From contig NC_058371.1 in the NCBI RefSeq assembly GCF_018350175.1, forward strand, positions 7,006,001-7,070,000: a stretch of 64,000 bases of DNA, in the 5' to 3' direction. Below, one piece after another: positions 35,501-48,088 of the stretch. The notes beneath the pieces were generated by a model. It saw only the letters and a list, made by a program, of their open reading frames with translations, was not told where the DNA came from and did no database searches. Numbering within the stretch: the first letter of the stretch is position 1; every line of letters begins with the position of its first letter. The stretch is from Felis catus. Its lineage: Eukaryota. Position numbers and translations under genes: made by a program.

Positions 35501-35796
35501 CACACCCCCAACCTCACCTGGACACTCTCCAGGCGTGCACCTTGCCCCCGTGTCCGCCCTGTCCACAGGCACCCGGCCAGCCCCTGCGAATGGTCTTCAG
35601 CCATCTGGACAAAGGTGGCTGGATCTCCAGGTTCATTACAGCTCCCTCTCTGGCAGCTCCCGAGTCACCAGCCCCCACTGGTCAGGTCCCTCCCAACACA
35701 TACCAGTCTGAGGGAGCCTGTGTGTGCATCCCATTGAGTGTCCTCTTTGATCGCCTGCAGCTTTCATCATCCTCAGATGAGTGCAATTGGCAGTGA
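32564..35796 (+). CDS. FAM90A: FAM90A-like protein copy B, 3 coding exons (ancestral exons 2+3 fused), 451 aa
   Basis: Exons 32564-32683 (...VEEDPR), 33913-34209 (VKCKNCRAFGHKASSSWC...QRKALLQRFP...CDYER) and 34858-35796. GT-AG introns, 1356 nt, no internal stop. Confidence 0.8.
33063..33840 (-). mobile_element. Solo ERV LTR (~780 bp) in a FAM90A-B intron
   Basis: TG...CA termini on the minus strand, internal AATAAA, flanks tttctc/cttctc (6-bp TSD, one mismatch). Empty site in copy C near 50460. Confidence 0.8.
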
Positions 35797-36542
35797 GACA
35801 CCTCATGCCCTTGGAAATTTGACCTCCAACTCAGTGACCATGAGGAGATGACTGTTTATTTGAAAACAGGTTCTAATTGCCCTTTTGGGCTCAATGTGCA
35901 AAATTGGAGCCCTGATAATACTTGGATATCATGCTTGTGTCGTGTGTATACATACACCCCTTGCCCCAACACAGAACACACTTTTTCTTTAGGTAATATA
36001 TGTTATTTTTCACATGATACTTATCAATGTGGATGTAAGGTTTATTTTATGTAAATACATATTTAAGAAATTTAGTGAAATTATAATAATAAGTTGTAAG
36101 CCTCAATGTAAATATAACCTATGAAATTAAATGCATTTGGTTTGCAAATGTGCAATTTGGGGATTCTGAATAAAGGATCCAACTGTTTCCTTTGCAAATT
36201 CGAAGCAGAGATTAATTCGGTAGACTCCGTGATGGTAGTTTTGTGCCATTTGTACTGGGGAATATATTACCCGCTTTCTTCATTTTCGTTATTAAATGTT
36301 ATCATGAAGCTATGTTTCCTTTTCTTCACATTTAATAAAAATTTTCCAAATAGGACATAAGGTGCATTAGTTTCTTTCTCAGCTTTGAAGATTACTTTTA
36401 ATTATTTACTTTGTCAAAGCTTAATTAACTGTCAGGAAAGAGGAGCTTGATAGGACCTAGGTCTGCTTCGACTTTCAGAACCTCAGGCAAACCCAGCTGT
36501 AGTGTGTAAATACATGCTTATTAGAATCATTTTTGTGTGATT

Positions 36543-36745
36543 GGGCACCTGGGTAGCTCAGCCCGTTAAGCATCCGACTCCTGATTTCAGGTCATGATCT
36601 CAGAGCTCATGAATTCAAGCCCGGTGTCTGGCTCTGCACTGTCAGGGCAGAGCCTGCTTGGGATTCTCTCTCTCTCCTTCCCGCTCTGCCCCTCCCCCAC
36701 TCTCCCCCCCCCCCAGTCTCCCTGAAGATAAAATAAATAAACTAT
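36543..36745 (+). mobile_element. CAN-SINE
   Basis: gggcacctgggtagctcag head. Confidence 0.85.
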
Positions 36746-36902
36746 AAAAATACTTCCATGTGATCCTGCGTACCTCATATTCTGCCCCTGTCTCCGTCCT
36801 CTCTCTGCAGGCAAAAACAGCTCCCTGCCCTCTGTGGCTTCTCTCTTCCCCAGTTCACCTCTCTGCGCCGCATCCCCACTGAGTTCTGGGGTTCAGGTTG
36901 GG

Positions 36903-39690
36903 CATTCTGTCACCCTATGTGTTTTGATTGGAGCATTGAGTCCATTGACGTTGAGAGTGAGTACTGAAAGGTATGAAGTGATCGCCATTGTGTTGCTTGT
37001 AGAGTTGGAGTTTCTGGTGGTGTTCGCCGATCCTTGCCAGTGTTTTCTGCCTGTGGTCTGTTTTTTTCTTTTACGTCTTTTGTCCCCTGGGAGAGCCTAC
37101 CTTCAAATGTCTTGCAGGGCTGGTTGAGTGGTCAGGAACTCCTTTACTTTTTGACTGGGAAACTTTCCATCTCTATTTCTAGTTGGAATGACAGCTTTGC
37201 TGGACAAATAAGTTTTGGCCGCATCCTTTCAGGATTCAGTGCAATGAATATATCCGGCCACTCATTTCTGGGCTGCCAGGTTTCTGTGGATAGGTCTGCT
37301 GCACATGTGGTCAGTCGTCCCTTGTAGGGGAAGGACTTTTGTTTCCCTTGCTGCTTTCATGATTCTTTCCTCGCCTGAGTATTTTGTGAACTCGACTAGG
37401 CTCTGCCTTGTTGATGGTTGGATGTTGTTGAATCTAATGGGAGTCTTCTGTGCTTCCTGAATTTTGTGTGTCTTTCCCAGGTTGGGAAAGTTTTGTGCTG
37501 TGATGTGCTCACATAACCCTTCTACCCCCTTGTCTCTCTCTCTTCGTCTTCTGGGACCCCTATGATTGTGATGCGATTCCTTTTCAATGAGTCGCTGAGT
37601 TCCCGAATTCTTAAACCCTGCTCTTTTGCTTTAGTCTCCCTCTTTCCTTCTGCTTCGTTATTCTCCATCGCTTTGTCCCCTCTATCGCTGGTTCCCTGCT
37701 CAGCCTTATCATCCTTGCCGCTGTGGCATCTGTTCCAGATCGCAGCTCGCTTTTAGCATTGTTTATTGCATCCTGGCTAGCCTTTACTTCTTTTATCCCC
37801 ACAGAAAGGCATTCTCATCTACTTTCGACCCCAGCTGGTATTCTTATTATCGTGATTCTAAATTGTGGTTCAAACGTCTTGCTCGTATCTGTGTTGGGTA
37901 AGGGCCTGGCTGTCCTTTCTTCCTGCTCTTTCTGTTGGGGTGAATTCCTTTGCTTCGTCATTTTAGAGGAAGGAAAGGAATGAATAAGATAAAAGATTTC
38001 AAAATTTAAAAATAAGAAACAACACACACACACACACAAATCACACAAATGATGCTAGATCCCAGGTGACTTTTGGACTGGTTGTTGAAATGGGCTTGAA
38101 AGATTAGAGGAAAAAGGGAAAGAACATAAAAAAAGGAAACCGTTTGAACATTTGGAAAAAAGAATACAATGAAATAGGATAAAAAGAAATGATGGCATTC
38201 AAATAGAATTTGACAGATTTACAAAACATTAAACGAATATAGTCGAAAAAAATTCAAGGAAATTATTTTCAACCACGGAAAATAACAACATATTTTTTCT
38301 CTTTCTGTCTTCATCAAAAAGAAAAGAAATGAAAGAGAAAAGAAAAGAGATGGACCCGTGAAAAGGCTGAAATACGATTGAAGTTACATCGTTGTCCCCT
38401 AGAAGTCAAAGGATGAAGCACTTTGTAGTCCATAAGCTACAAAGTGGCGGAGACACTTGGGTTCCTGAAGAGCCAGGTTGGCCCAGTTGGGCGGTGCTAA
38501 GTGTCAGGGCTGTGTTGTCCACTAGATGGCGCAGCTAGCCTACGAGCGCGGATTGCTGGGGCGCTTGGAGGTGCATATGCGCATGCGCGGGAGTGGAGCC
38601 CTTGGCGTCACACAGGTGCCCAGTCTGTAGTATCTGAACTCGGCTGTCTGCGATCAGCAATCCTACCCCCGTCCTTTGTCTCCGGCTTCTGTCCACTCGC
38701 CGCTTTGACACTGTCCGTGGCGCAGCCGTCAGGTTGCCAGGAGACACCTCCCTCCTGGGATTTACCTCCCAGGCGGCTGTGTTTCCCGACCCCTCACTTC
38801 TGAGGGCCTGAGCAGGCTGAGAGCTGCTCAGATCCTCTGCGTCACGGTCTCAGCAGGCAGTGGCCGGGTGCCGGCCGCACCCAAGAACATTGGCAATGCC
38901 GCTGCCGCTGCCGCTGCCCAGAGACTGCGGCTGGGTGCCAGCCTGCGCCCGAAAGCGTTCACGCGATGGTGTAGCAGCAGCGTTTCGAGGATTATGGACA
39001 ATCACCACACACTTCTGGTACCGGGCTTCCCCCTTAACGACCTTGTTCCAGCACCAGCGAATGTGGGTGTTCTCCGGGGTCTGCTGGGACCTCTGGGGTC
39101 GGCTGGGGTGGCCACACAGACTCTACCTCGTGTCCTCGCAGCAGGGGAACCGCTTTTCTCCGTGTGGTTCCAGACACCCCTCCTCCACACCCCCAGTCTT
39201 CATTCACTCTGCTCTCGGGGATTCGCCCTTCCGACCAGAGCACCGCCAGGTATCAGATGCGGACTTTCGCACTCTGCCCTCCCCCTGTTTGTACGGTCTT
39301 CATGGAATTTAAACCCGCTCCTTCCTCCTTCCTCCCGTTTTGGTTCAGTGCCTGTGGCTCTTTCCACATTTCCACTTTCTCCCCAGCTGCTTTTGGCGGG
39401 GGGAGGGGAGGGCGAGGGGATTGCTTTCCCCATATTCTGCCCCTGTCTCCGTCCTCTCTCTGCAGGCAAACACAGCTCCCTGCCCTCTGTGGCTTCTCTC
39501 TTCCCCAGTTCACCTCTCTGCGCCGCATCCCCACTGAGTTCTGGGGTTCAGGTTGGGCAACCTGTGGCGTGAATCCTCAGATCAGTTTTCGAGGTGTGCA
39601 GGATGCTTTTGTGTTGTTGTGGCTGCACTTTAGGGATGCAAGACGCAAAAACAACTTCCATGCTCTTCTGCCATCATGGCCCCTCCCCCC
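36903..39690 (-). mobile_element. 5' part of the duplicated older LINE-1 (ORF1 region and 5'UTR)
   Basis: Copy of 58712-61496. Confidence 0.88.
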
Positions 39691-40814
39691 ACACTGCCTT
39701 TTGTGTCTCGTCATGAATACCCTTACGAATTGCAGGGTGACATCTCTGAATTAAGCTTTCCGTGACAAGTCCAGATTAGGCTGGCTGGATTTGGCGAGAC
39801 CAAATAACGCTGTTCCTATTGCCGTGATTGCTCCCACATCGCCGCACGTGAGGCCACTTCCTGGTGTTCCCCTATGCCATCTTCTTTGCTCATTGTCAAC
39901 AGTTTTTAAAATTGAATGTCTTGACTTAACTGGATTTATATTTTGAAAGAGAAGTTCCTGGAATGTCCGGAAAATAGATCGTCACCAGTGGCCCGAGCAG
40001 CTCAAGGTTGTCAATTTTAGCTCAGAGTCCAGGGTCCAGCACGGCCAAAGTGAAGTCACAAGGAGGGAATCCTAGACCCACCAGACCTCTGTAAATGTTC
40101 ATGGTCGCCTTTATGCCCCACGAAATGCTCAGGCTGCAGTGCGAGGCACGGAGACTCCGACCTGCCAGCCTGAGCAAGTGCCCAATGCCAGGTCCTCCTG
40201 GAAGTCTAGGCAATGCCCGTGCTGGCCAGCGGCGGCCCCTGCTGGACAGAGAGCAGTGTGGCAAGACTCCCTCTTGTGACCTCCCCCACGGATTGCAGAG
40301 CCAGGGGTGTGGACTTCACCATGTGTGGGTGGAACACGTGACACACGGCCACCCAGGAAGAGCTGGTCATAGGCATCTGGGGAGCTGACTGGATGCTTAT
40401 GGAGGCCGTCTTGAGATCCAGATCAAATATTGTCCGTGTGTGCGTGTGTGTGTGCGTGTGATATACAGGTTTTAATCCAGGAAGAGAAAGTTGGATCCCA
40501 AAATTTCTACAGGATGACCTGGCGTGGTTATTTTCTGTGGCTTTTCCCTTGGTGGCTCAGTTGCCCATACACTGTTTGCATTTTACCCACGATTCTGCCC
40601 ACTTTAGAATCAAATCCACAGGAAAGATAGATGTCACGTGTGCATGTCTTTGGAGCTCTAACATCCAGCTAGCCCTGTTGAACTCTTTCACTGCGAAAGT
40701 GCCATGTCATCACTCATCTGTGGAATAAAAAACAAAACAGAAGAACATAGGGCAAGCGAAGAATAAATAACATAAGATAAAATCACAGTGGGAGGCAAGC
40801 CATAGGAGACTCTT

Positions 40815-40840
40815 CAAAAAATTTTGTTTTCGCTTTATCT

Positions 40841-40878
<38 letters not shown>

Positions 40879-41455
40879 ATGACCAGGGGAGTGGCAGAGA
40901 GAGGCATGCACACAGAATCCGGAGCAGGCTCCAGGCTCTGAGCTGTCATCAGAGTGCCAGACACGGGGCTTGAAGTCTCAAACCCTGAGATCATGAGCTG
41001 ACTGAATCAGAGTCCGAACCGGCTGAGACACCCACGTGCCCCAGGAGAACCCTTCAGTGTAGAGAAGAAAGTGAGGGTTGCTAGAGGGGAGGAGTGGGTG
41101 GGCTCCATTTGCAACGGGCGTTATGGAGGGCCCCTGTGGGGGTTGGCAGTGGGTGTTTCATGTAAGGGACGAAGCCCTAAATTCCACCCCTGAAACCAAG
41201 ACTACACTCACTGTTAACTGAATTTGATTTAAATTTGGAAAATGGAGGGGGGACTGGGTGCCTCAGTTGGTTGAGTGTCCAACCTCAGCTCAGGTCGGGA
41301 TCTCATGGTTCGTGGGGTTGAGCTCCACGTTGGGCTCTGTGCTGACAGCTCAGAGCCTGGAGCTGCTTTGGGTTCTGTGTCTCTCACTCTCTCCCCCTCC
41401 CATGCTCACCCTCTGTCTCTGTTCTGTGTGTGTGTCCCTCTCTATTTAAACATTT
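40815..41455. mobile_element. CAN-SINE (-) inside an L1 3'-end fragment, then CAN-SINE (+); repeated at about 62620-63260
   Basis: SINE bodies at 40815-41042 and 41247-41455, with L1 3'UTR-like sequence between them. Confidence 0.75.
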
Positions 41456-41640
41456 TACTTCATGTTTAAAACATGAAAACAACAGACCAATACATTTTAA
41501 AAGTAGATTAAGGAAAAGTATTTTTCCTCTATCGGCTATGATATTTGAACATCCAGAATTCAATATGATTTCCTGTACAAAATTCACATACTGACATTAG
41601 TTCCCACTACGTGTGGTGTGTGTGTTTAATGCAGACTGGA

Positions 41641-41677
41641 AACAACAACAACAACAACAACAACAACAGCAACAACA
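41641..41677. repeat. (CAA)n microsatellite, shorter in unit 2 (about 63448-63478)
   Basis: Seen directly. Confidence 0.9.
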
Positions 41678-41892
41678 GGCTTTACCCTGTCAGTGCCATT
41701 GGCAAACGACCAGAGATCTCCTATATGGCCCCCCTCCCCTAGGGGGAATTGAAGGATCATGCACTAACTCCCATTCAACAATGTATTCAGTGAGTCTCGC
41801 TCCTAAGAATACAGGTGTGACGGAGAGCATCCATCCATACCCTGACCTGAAATACCACATTGTTGCCTCGGTGTCCACTTGAGACTGTTTTT

Positions 41893-42128
41893 TTTTGTTT
41901 TTATTTTTTTAATTTTTTTTCAACGTTTATTTATTTTTTTGGGGACAGAGAGAGACAGAGCATGAACGGGGGAGGGGCAGAGAGAGAGAGGGAGACAAAG
42001 AATCGGAAACAGGCTCCAGGCTCCCAGCCATCAGCCCAGAGCCTGACGCGGGGCTCGAACTCACGGACCGCGAGATCGTGACCTGGCTGAAGTCGGACGC
42101 TTAACCGACTGCGCCACCCAGGGGCCCC
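41893..42128 (-). mobile_element. Young felid SINEC_Fc specific to tandem unit 1
   Basis: TSD cacttgagactgttttt; empty site near 63678. Confidence 0.95.
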
Positions 42129-43157
42129 CACTTGAGACTGTTTTTCTGAGGTGTAGAACCGAAGACCAAGATTGCAATGCAACTGAGCAGGAATCCCTGA
42201 GCCTCCTCCCTTGTGGAGGAGATTGTCCGATGGGGGGATGGTGGTCAACTCTGCGGAACAAGGTAGAGCCGCTTGGTGGCTCAGCAAGAAGAGGTGGAAG
42301 AAGGTTCCTTTCCCCCATTTGCTCTGCAGCCTCATGGGAGGGGGGTTGTTAAGGGAACCTAATCTAATGAACAGGGGCCAGGAAGGCTCCACCCACCCGT
42401 CTCCAGAGACATAAGCATTTGTTTGCTCCTGGCCATTTCCAGGCAGTTAGCCAATGTTCACACGAACATGTGGAGACTTTACAAAATAGATTATGTACAC
42501 AAGGAAACACTTTGCACAGTTATGAATTAGTGTTTCCTTCTGCTCCTCTCCTTCCGACACAAGACATTCCTGACAAGGCTGTCTGCTCCCACGTAGAGCT
42601 AGAGTTCTTCCAGTTTCCTGGTCATTTGCCACGCCTCCGTGTGGAAGCACTGAGATTGTTTCAAACTCCTTCCCCTGCCGGTGCATGTTTGGATATCACC
42701 GAGAGTCCCCACACGCACATGGTTGGGCACATGTACTTTACCAATACACAGAGAGTAGGCAATGGGATGATGGGACCGTGAGTCCCAGGCATTTTCACAG
42801 GGACTCCCGGTGCTCTGCCTTGTTTCCACCTTCATGCCTCATTGGCCACTTCCTCTGATCCTTTCAGGCTCTGAGAGTGCCCAATGATCCTCGGTGCTGA
42901 TGGAGGGGAGAAACCTTCCAAATACCCAGCATAATCCACACCTCTCCAATAACATCATTACAGCCAGCCGGCCTTAAAGCTCAGGATTCTCCAGGTCAAC
43001 TGGAACGCCATACCCCATGAATACAGCCAGATTCACGGTCCCTCCACATGTCCCGATCACACCCACCCACAACACACAAAACGTGGCCTACAAGGGACTG
43101 TGAGTGAGTGAGTAGTGAGTGAGGGCGGGTGAGTGTGCATGTGGGCAGGCATGTATC

Positions 43158-44765
43158 TCAAAGCCTGTAGTGGGATCCCTGCACTGCTTCCTGAGACCTC
43201 TGTCCCTTCTTGTTCTTCCTCTTGGTAGCTCTGGCTCTGCCGGTGAGACAAGGGACTTGGGTAATGGCCGTTGCCCTCTGAGGTGGGATGTCCCTGGCTG
43301 AACTGTTGAGCCGGTAGATGTTTGGTTCACGGTGATCCTTTCCCATCTCATCTCTGCATTTGGACTGGTGAATGAGGACTGCGTCGGGGGGAAGAGCAAA
43401 TTCTAGTTTCCTGAGGTTGAATTCAGACTTGGGACGGTGGCTTTCTTGGAGGAATCTCCACTGGTCTAACGTGATTGCTGGCAGTGGTGTCTCTTCCGCG
43501 TGATCCTCCAATTGTGGCACCTCGATGTTGGGGTCGGTTTCAGGCCCCCCTTGGGCCGCAGGCGTGCCTGCGTGGTCAGCCTGGAGGGATGTGGATTCCC
43601 CAGCACCTGGCTCCCTCGCACGGTCTCTTTCCAATTCACTCTTCTGGATGTAAAAGAGGACATAGGCGTGTTGGCTCAGGGCAGACGTCGCATCACTGGC
43701 GGTCACCTTCGCATCATCCATTTTGTACCACTGGCCGTTCCCAGCTTTGATGTAACAGAAGTAATGTCCGCTGTGACAATTCCAGCCCGCGTGCACCAGC
43801 ACGGCATAGAGCGCGTAAGTCAGCGACCCCCCGTTCTGCCCAGACACGTAGCGTTGCATGTCAAGGCGCTCAGGATATTGCACTTCCTTAGCCAGTTTGC
43901 TGCCCGTGAAATGGCAGAATCGTTTCAATACCAGCATCAGGACCTTGGAGCAAGTGTGCAAAGTCAACGTCTTGGAAGCAGGTACCTTGTCGAGACAAGT
44001 ACTACCATGATAGGCATTTTCACCATCCAACTGTTCGGGCTTCACCAAGTGTTGCAAAGCTTGGCTCACACTCTGAGCTGCCCCGATATCCAGGCTAATG
44101 TCCAGGTAAGGGTCCAAAGTGCTGGAGACACCCTGGCAGTGGAGACACTGGATTTGAGACCTCCAGTACCCCCCAAAGATTTGCCGGATGAGGGTGGCGT
44201 CCTGAGCCTGAGGCTCTGAAGGCTTGTCCTCACGCAAACACGCTTGCTGCATAGCATCCAGAGTGAACATCAGAAACTCATGGGCATCCTCCTGCCTGTG
44301 TGTGTGGAAGGCAGCGAGCAGTTTTGGCGGAGGCCGGATCACATCTCCCGGACGGCAGAGGGCCCGGGTCACGTGAGCCTGCAGAGCACACAGCACGCAG
44401 AATGGCTGCCCCCCACAGCTTCGGGAGTGCTCCTGGGACAGCATGTAGCTGGCGAGGGGTGGTGTGTACGTCAGACACTGCAGGGCCGCGTTCGCATAGC
44501 ACGTGTTGCCCAGGTTCTGCAGGCCAGCCCCAACCACAGAAGGTCTCCTCCAACTCACAGGTTTCTTTGCGGGGGGCAGACCTGTCGACGTGGGAGCCCA
44601 ACCGTTAGGCAGGTCGCAGGGTGTGTGCGATGACGGTGACGGCTTCTCAGGCAGAGTGGGTCCTCCGTGGCCTTCAGCACCACCCGTATTTGATCCGCAA
44701 GGTTTGAGGTTGGGAAAGACACGGAACTGAGTCTCCTCTCGGCAGTGGGAAGAGGGCGTCTCCAT
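43158..44765 (-). CDS. USP17L: USP17/DUB-family deubiquitinase, intronless, copy C (535 aa), inside the tandem unit
   Basis: Same catalytic motifs and near-identical to copy A. YRCSTC has become YHGSTC (Cys254Gly). Confidence 0.95.
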   Translation of the reverse strand: METPSSHCREETQFRVFPNLKPCGSNTGGAEGHGGPTLPEKPSPSSHTPCDLPNGWAPTSTGLPPAKKPVSWRRPSVVGAGLQNLGNTCYANAALQCLTYTPPLASYMLSQEHSRSCGGQPFCVLCALQAHVTRALCRPGDVIRPPPKLLAAFHTHRQEDAHEFLMFTLDAMQQACLREDKPSEPQAQDATLIRQIFGGYWRSQIQCLHCQGVSSTLDPYLDISLDIGAAQSVSQALQHLVKPEQLDGENAYHGSTCLDKVPASKTLTLHTCSKVLMLVLKRFCHFTGSKLAKEVQYPERLDMQRYVSGQNGGSLTYALYAVLVHAGWNCHSGHYFCYIKAGNGQWYKMDDAKVTASDATSALSQHAYVLFYIQKSELERDRAREPGAGESTSLQADHAGTPAAQGGPETDPNIEVPQLEDHAEETPLPAITLDQWRFLQESHRPKSEFNLRKLEFALPPDAVLIHQSKCRDEMGKDHREPNIYRLNSSARDIPPQRATAITQVPCLTGRARATKRKNKKGQRSQEAVQGSHYRL

Positions 44766-45878
44766 GTCTCCTGAAACGTGGAGCCTCGCGTTGCAGAGCG
44801 ATGCTTCTCTCAGGAGGCCAGTCTCAGAACGGTGGCTGTGGCCCTCTCCTCAGCCCTCGTAAAGCTCGCCCCACCCACCTGACTAGGACCACGTCACCCA
44901 ATCAGCTACCAGCTGGAGTTGGATGAAGGGTCTTAGGGTGTGGTCACTCTTCTGCAGCCAGACGACTCAGCCCAGCCTTCCTCCTGCCCCTCCCTCCTCA
45001 AGAGGCACACACACACACACACGTTTCACCACTTTCTCCACCTCCCTCATTTCTGTTGCTCCCTCTCTGGACAGACGGACTTGAGCATTTCCAACCTCGA
45101 GGAAATCCTTTTTTGAGTATCCACTTTGCTCTTAGATACCACAAAGTGTCGAGGAATGACGGCCATGAATTTTCTAGGCTATGGAAATCATCTTACCAAT
45201 TGAGCTCTGGTATCATGTAGGAGCACCTCCTCTCCGTCAGCCAGAATGTATGTGACACCAGCAAATTATTCTGGAATGATTACTGTCCATGGATTTGATT
45301 CTCAAACTCCTGAACTGTCTCCATGGGATCTGTGTATACAACTATCATGAAGGTCCTTTGCAACATGTCTGTCTACCAAGGGGTGGCCGAGAAATTATCC
45401 CAAGAAATATCCTTTGCCTGGTTTTGGGCTTTGTAAATGCTTTCTTCATTTTGTAGCTCCCTTCCCAATAGGAGAACAAATCCTAAACCCATCATTTGCC
45501 AAATTGTCACTGGTATTACTAGCAAATCACATAGCAAGGTAGGTATAGGTTCCCGTGGTTCAGGACATGTTTGTTGTGGGTTTGTGACATTTATAGACGG
45601 TTTGACATTGGAATTTAGACATGCATGGACCGATGTCCCCTCGTGGAAACTGTGGCTTTAGTGTGTCAGTATCTCTAGACCAACCAGATTTCAGAAGTGA
45701 CCAGGTCTACTGACATTGTGCTTTCTTCTCTAATGTTTGTTTGTTTTTCACTTTTAACATTTTAATTGATTGATTTTGAGAGAGAGAGAGAGACAGAGAG
45801 GGACAGAGAGCGAGAGAGAGCGCTCATGTGGACAAGCCAGGGAGAGACAGAGAGAGAGGGAGAGAGGATCCTCAATGA

Positions 45879-45947
45879 AGCAGTCACCTCCTCGGGGTCA
45901 CCGACTAGGAGGAAAAGGCTGCGAGCACGTGAGGTGTCTCACTGCCA
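45879..45947 (-). pseudogene. FAM90A stop-codon / 3'UTR relic
   Basis: gcagtcacctcctcggggtca...gaggtgtctcactgcc matches 48029-48096 around the copy C stop codon. Confidence 0.6.
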
Positions 45948-47009
45948 AAGGCACTCACGTGAGGGGAAGGAAAGGGGCAAGGGGTCAAGGAGGACACCCA
46001 ATGGGATGCACAAAAGGAGTCTTCAGACTCTTGTGACCACAGCCTCAAGACACGGCCCTCTCCCTGCCTGGTGCCCTCCAGCCCCACCCACGGCTTCCGT
46101 CAGCCTCTGCCTGGCCTCACTGCATGGGACCGGACCACGGCCCCACCCTTACCCACAGCACCCTTAGCCCTGCCACACCCATGCCCACACCTCATCCCAA
46201 TGCTCTCCGCCCTCAGTTGGCCCGGCCTCACGTCCAGGCCGTCGCTCCACCGGGCCAGCCTGGCGCCTGCCACTCTCAGGACCACACCCCAAGGAGAATC
46301 TACCAGAGAGTGGGCAGAGGAGGGGGGCGAGCCAGGCCAGGGCACAAGCACACCTTTCCCTGTTCTTCAAATATCCGTTGGCAGGTGCCAAGTTTGGACC
46401 TGTTTCTGCAAGGAATCATCTCTCCCTTTGGTTGTCATCTCCTCCTAGAAAACCGGTTGTGTTTTCACTGGACGGTGTTAGATGCTAGGAACTCTCACGT
46501 GACTGGTCTGAGCAAAGCAAGTTGCCCTATTTAACGTAGTGACTTGAGCCAGTCCATTCCAGACCTTCCTGGAGCATAAAGCTGACCCCTGTCCCAAGAC
46601 GAGACACCTGCTCCTGTCTGAGTGCCTGGCCCCGACAAGTCCATTCTCCCCGGGTCTGGAGCCTGCCCGTCTTCAGACTCCACGAACACCCCCTTGCTTC
46701 TGTAGCCTCAGCCCCGGCCACCTGCCACGTGTGGGCAAAGAGGCCTGCAGAATTGCTTCCAAAGAACCCTTTGACCACCTAATTCTCTGTCCCCTCTCAT
46801 CAATCGCTCATCACTCTATGTGTCTATCTCCTAACTCTCGTGTCTCCTTCCCCTCTCTAGTATCTATCTGTGGAATGTCTTTCTCATCCTTTCCCTTGTA
46901 TCTCTTCTATGCCACCCTCCTTGACGTGACTTGTGAATGAAAATGCCTTTGAGAGGCATGTGGACAGCAGCCCCTAATGCTGATTGATTTCCCACGCATA
47001 TGTTCTTTC

Positions 47010-47248
47010 AGTTCATGGGTTTATATGTTGACACACAGAGAGAGACAGACAGAGAGAGAGACAGAGAGAGAGGGAGGGAGGGAGGGAGGGAGGGAGAGAG
47101 AATGTGGGGCAGGGTTAGAGAGAAAAGGAGAGAGGCAATCCCGAGGAGGGAGGGAAACTCAACGTTCAATCTCCCCAACCCTGAGATCATGACATGAGTC
47201 GCCGCCTCCAGGTCAGACACTTCTCTGACTGAGCCACCCAGGCATCCC
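47010..47248 (-). mobile_element. CAN-SINE
   Basis: gactgagccaccccaggcatccc head and (GA)n. Confidence 0.8.
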
Positions 47249-48088
47249 GACCCTCCTCGACTTCGAATTCACCTCTAGCATTGTCTTGTTCCCAGGACAC
47301 TTGGAGAGACTTTATCTTGAAAGGGGAAGAGAGGTTAACCCGTGTTTCTTTGCTGCTTCTCAATACTTAGTTGTTCTCCACTAGGTGAGGATCCAAGTCC
47401 CAAGTACACTTGGGAACAAATGCAGGATTCTACTCTAAGTGACGGGAAACTACAGTGTACACACAAAAAAGAAAACCATGCACATTCGGTCGTGTCTGAG
47501 CAAATTTTATTAGCTGTGGTAACACTACACACAACGTTGCACTATCAGGGAAAAACAAAAACGCAGACAGCATGTAAAATATTCCCCGATATGATCTGCA
47601 CAAAAACGGTATCAGTGAACTGTTCTAAAACAAAAGATTGCCTCCACTTGCCCAGCCCGGACCGGAATCATTCCTCCGGCGCCCCCACATTCAGACATTC
47701 GCAAACCCACTACACGTTCATTTCACAGATCCTTAACTTTACATTCGAGTGGACGACCTCTTGCTCTCCTGGCGCTGGATTTCTCATAGAATCTATTGAA
47801 ACGAAAGAAACGAGACCTTGTTGATTGAGACGGAGCAGGTGAACCAGAAGGTGTAGATGCATAAAGGAAAAGTGCGCCATGAGCGTCTGCACGTGGGCGC
47901 TCAACCCACTCCCCGCCCCAAGCAGGACACCAAACACGGTGTGGACGTAAGCTTTTGTCCTTGCAGGTCTTTGGGGGAATTGCTGCTTTAGCAAAAATAG
48001 GTCACGGCCCTGCCTTGCCCGCCGCTCCGCAGTCACCTGCTCGGGGTCACAAGAGCCAGAGGACGAGTGTCCGAGGACATGAGGTGTC

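Noticed and set aside
38500-39754. Cluster of 150-234-aa ORFs (also 60300-61560)
   Set aside because: GC-rich L1 5'UTR; several frames differ between the two copies.
41613-41882. PolyQ ORF
   Set aside because: Translation of a (CAA)n microsatellite; frame differs in unit 2.
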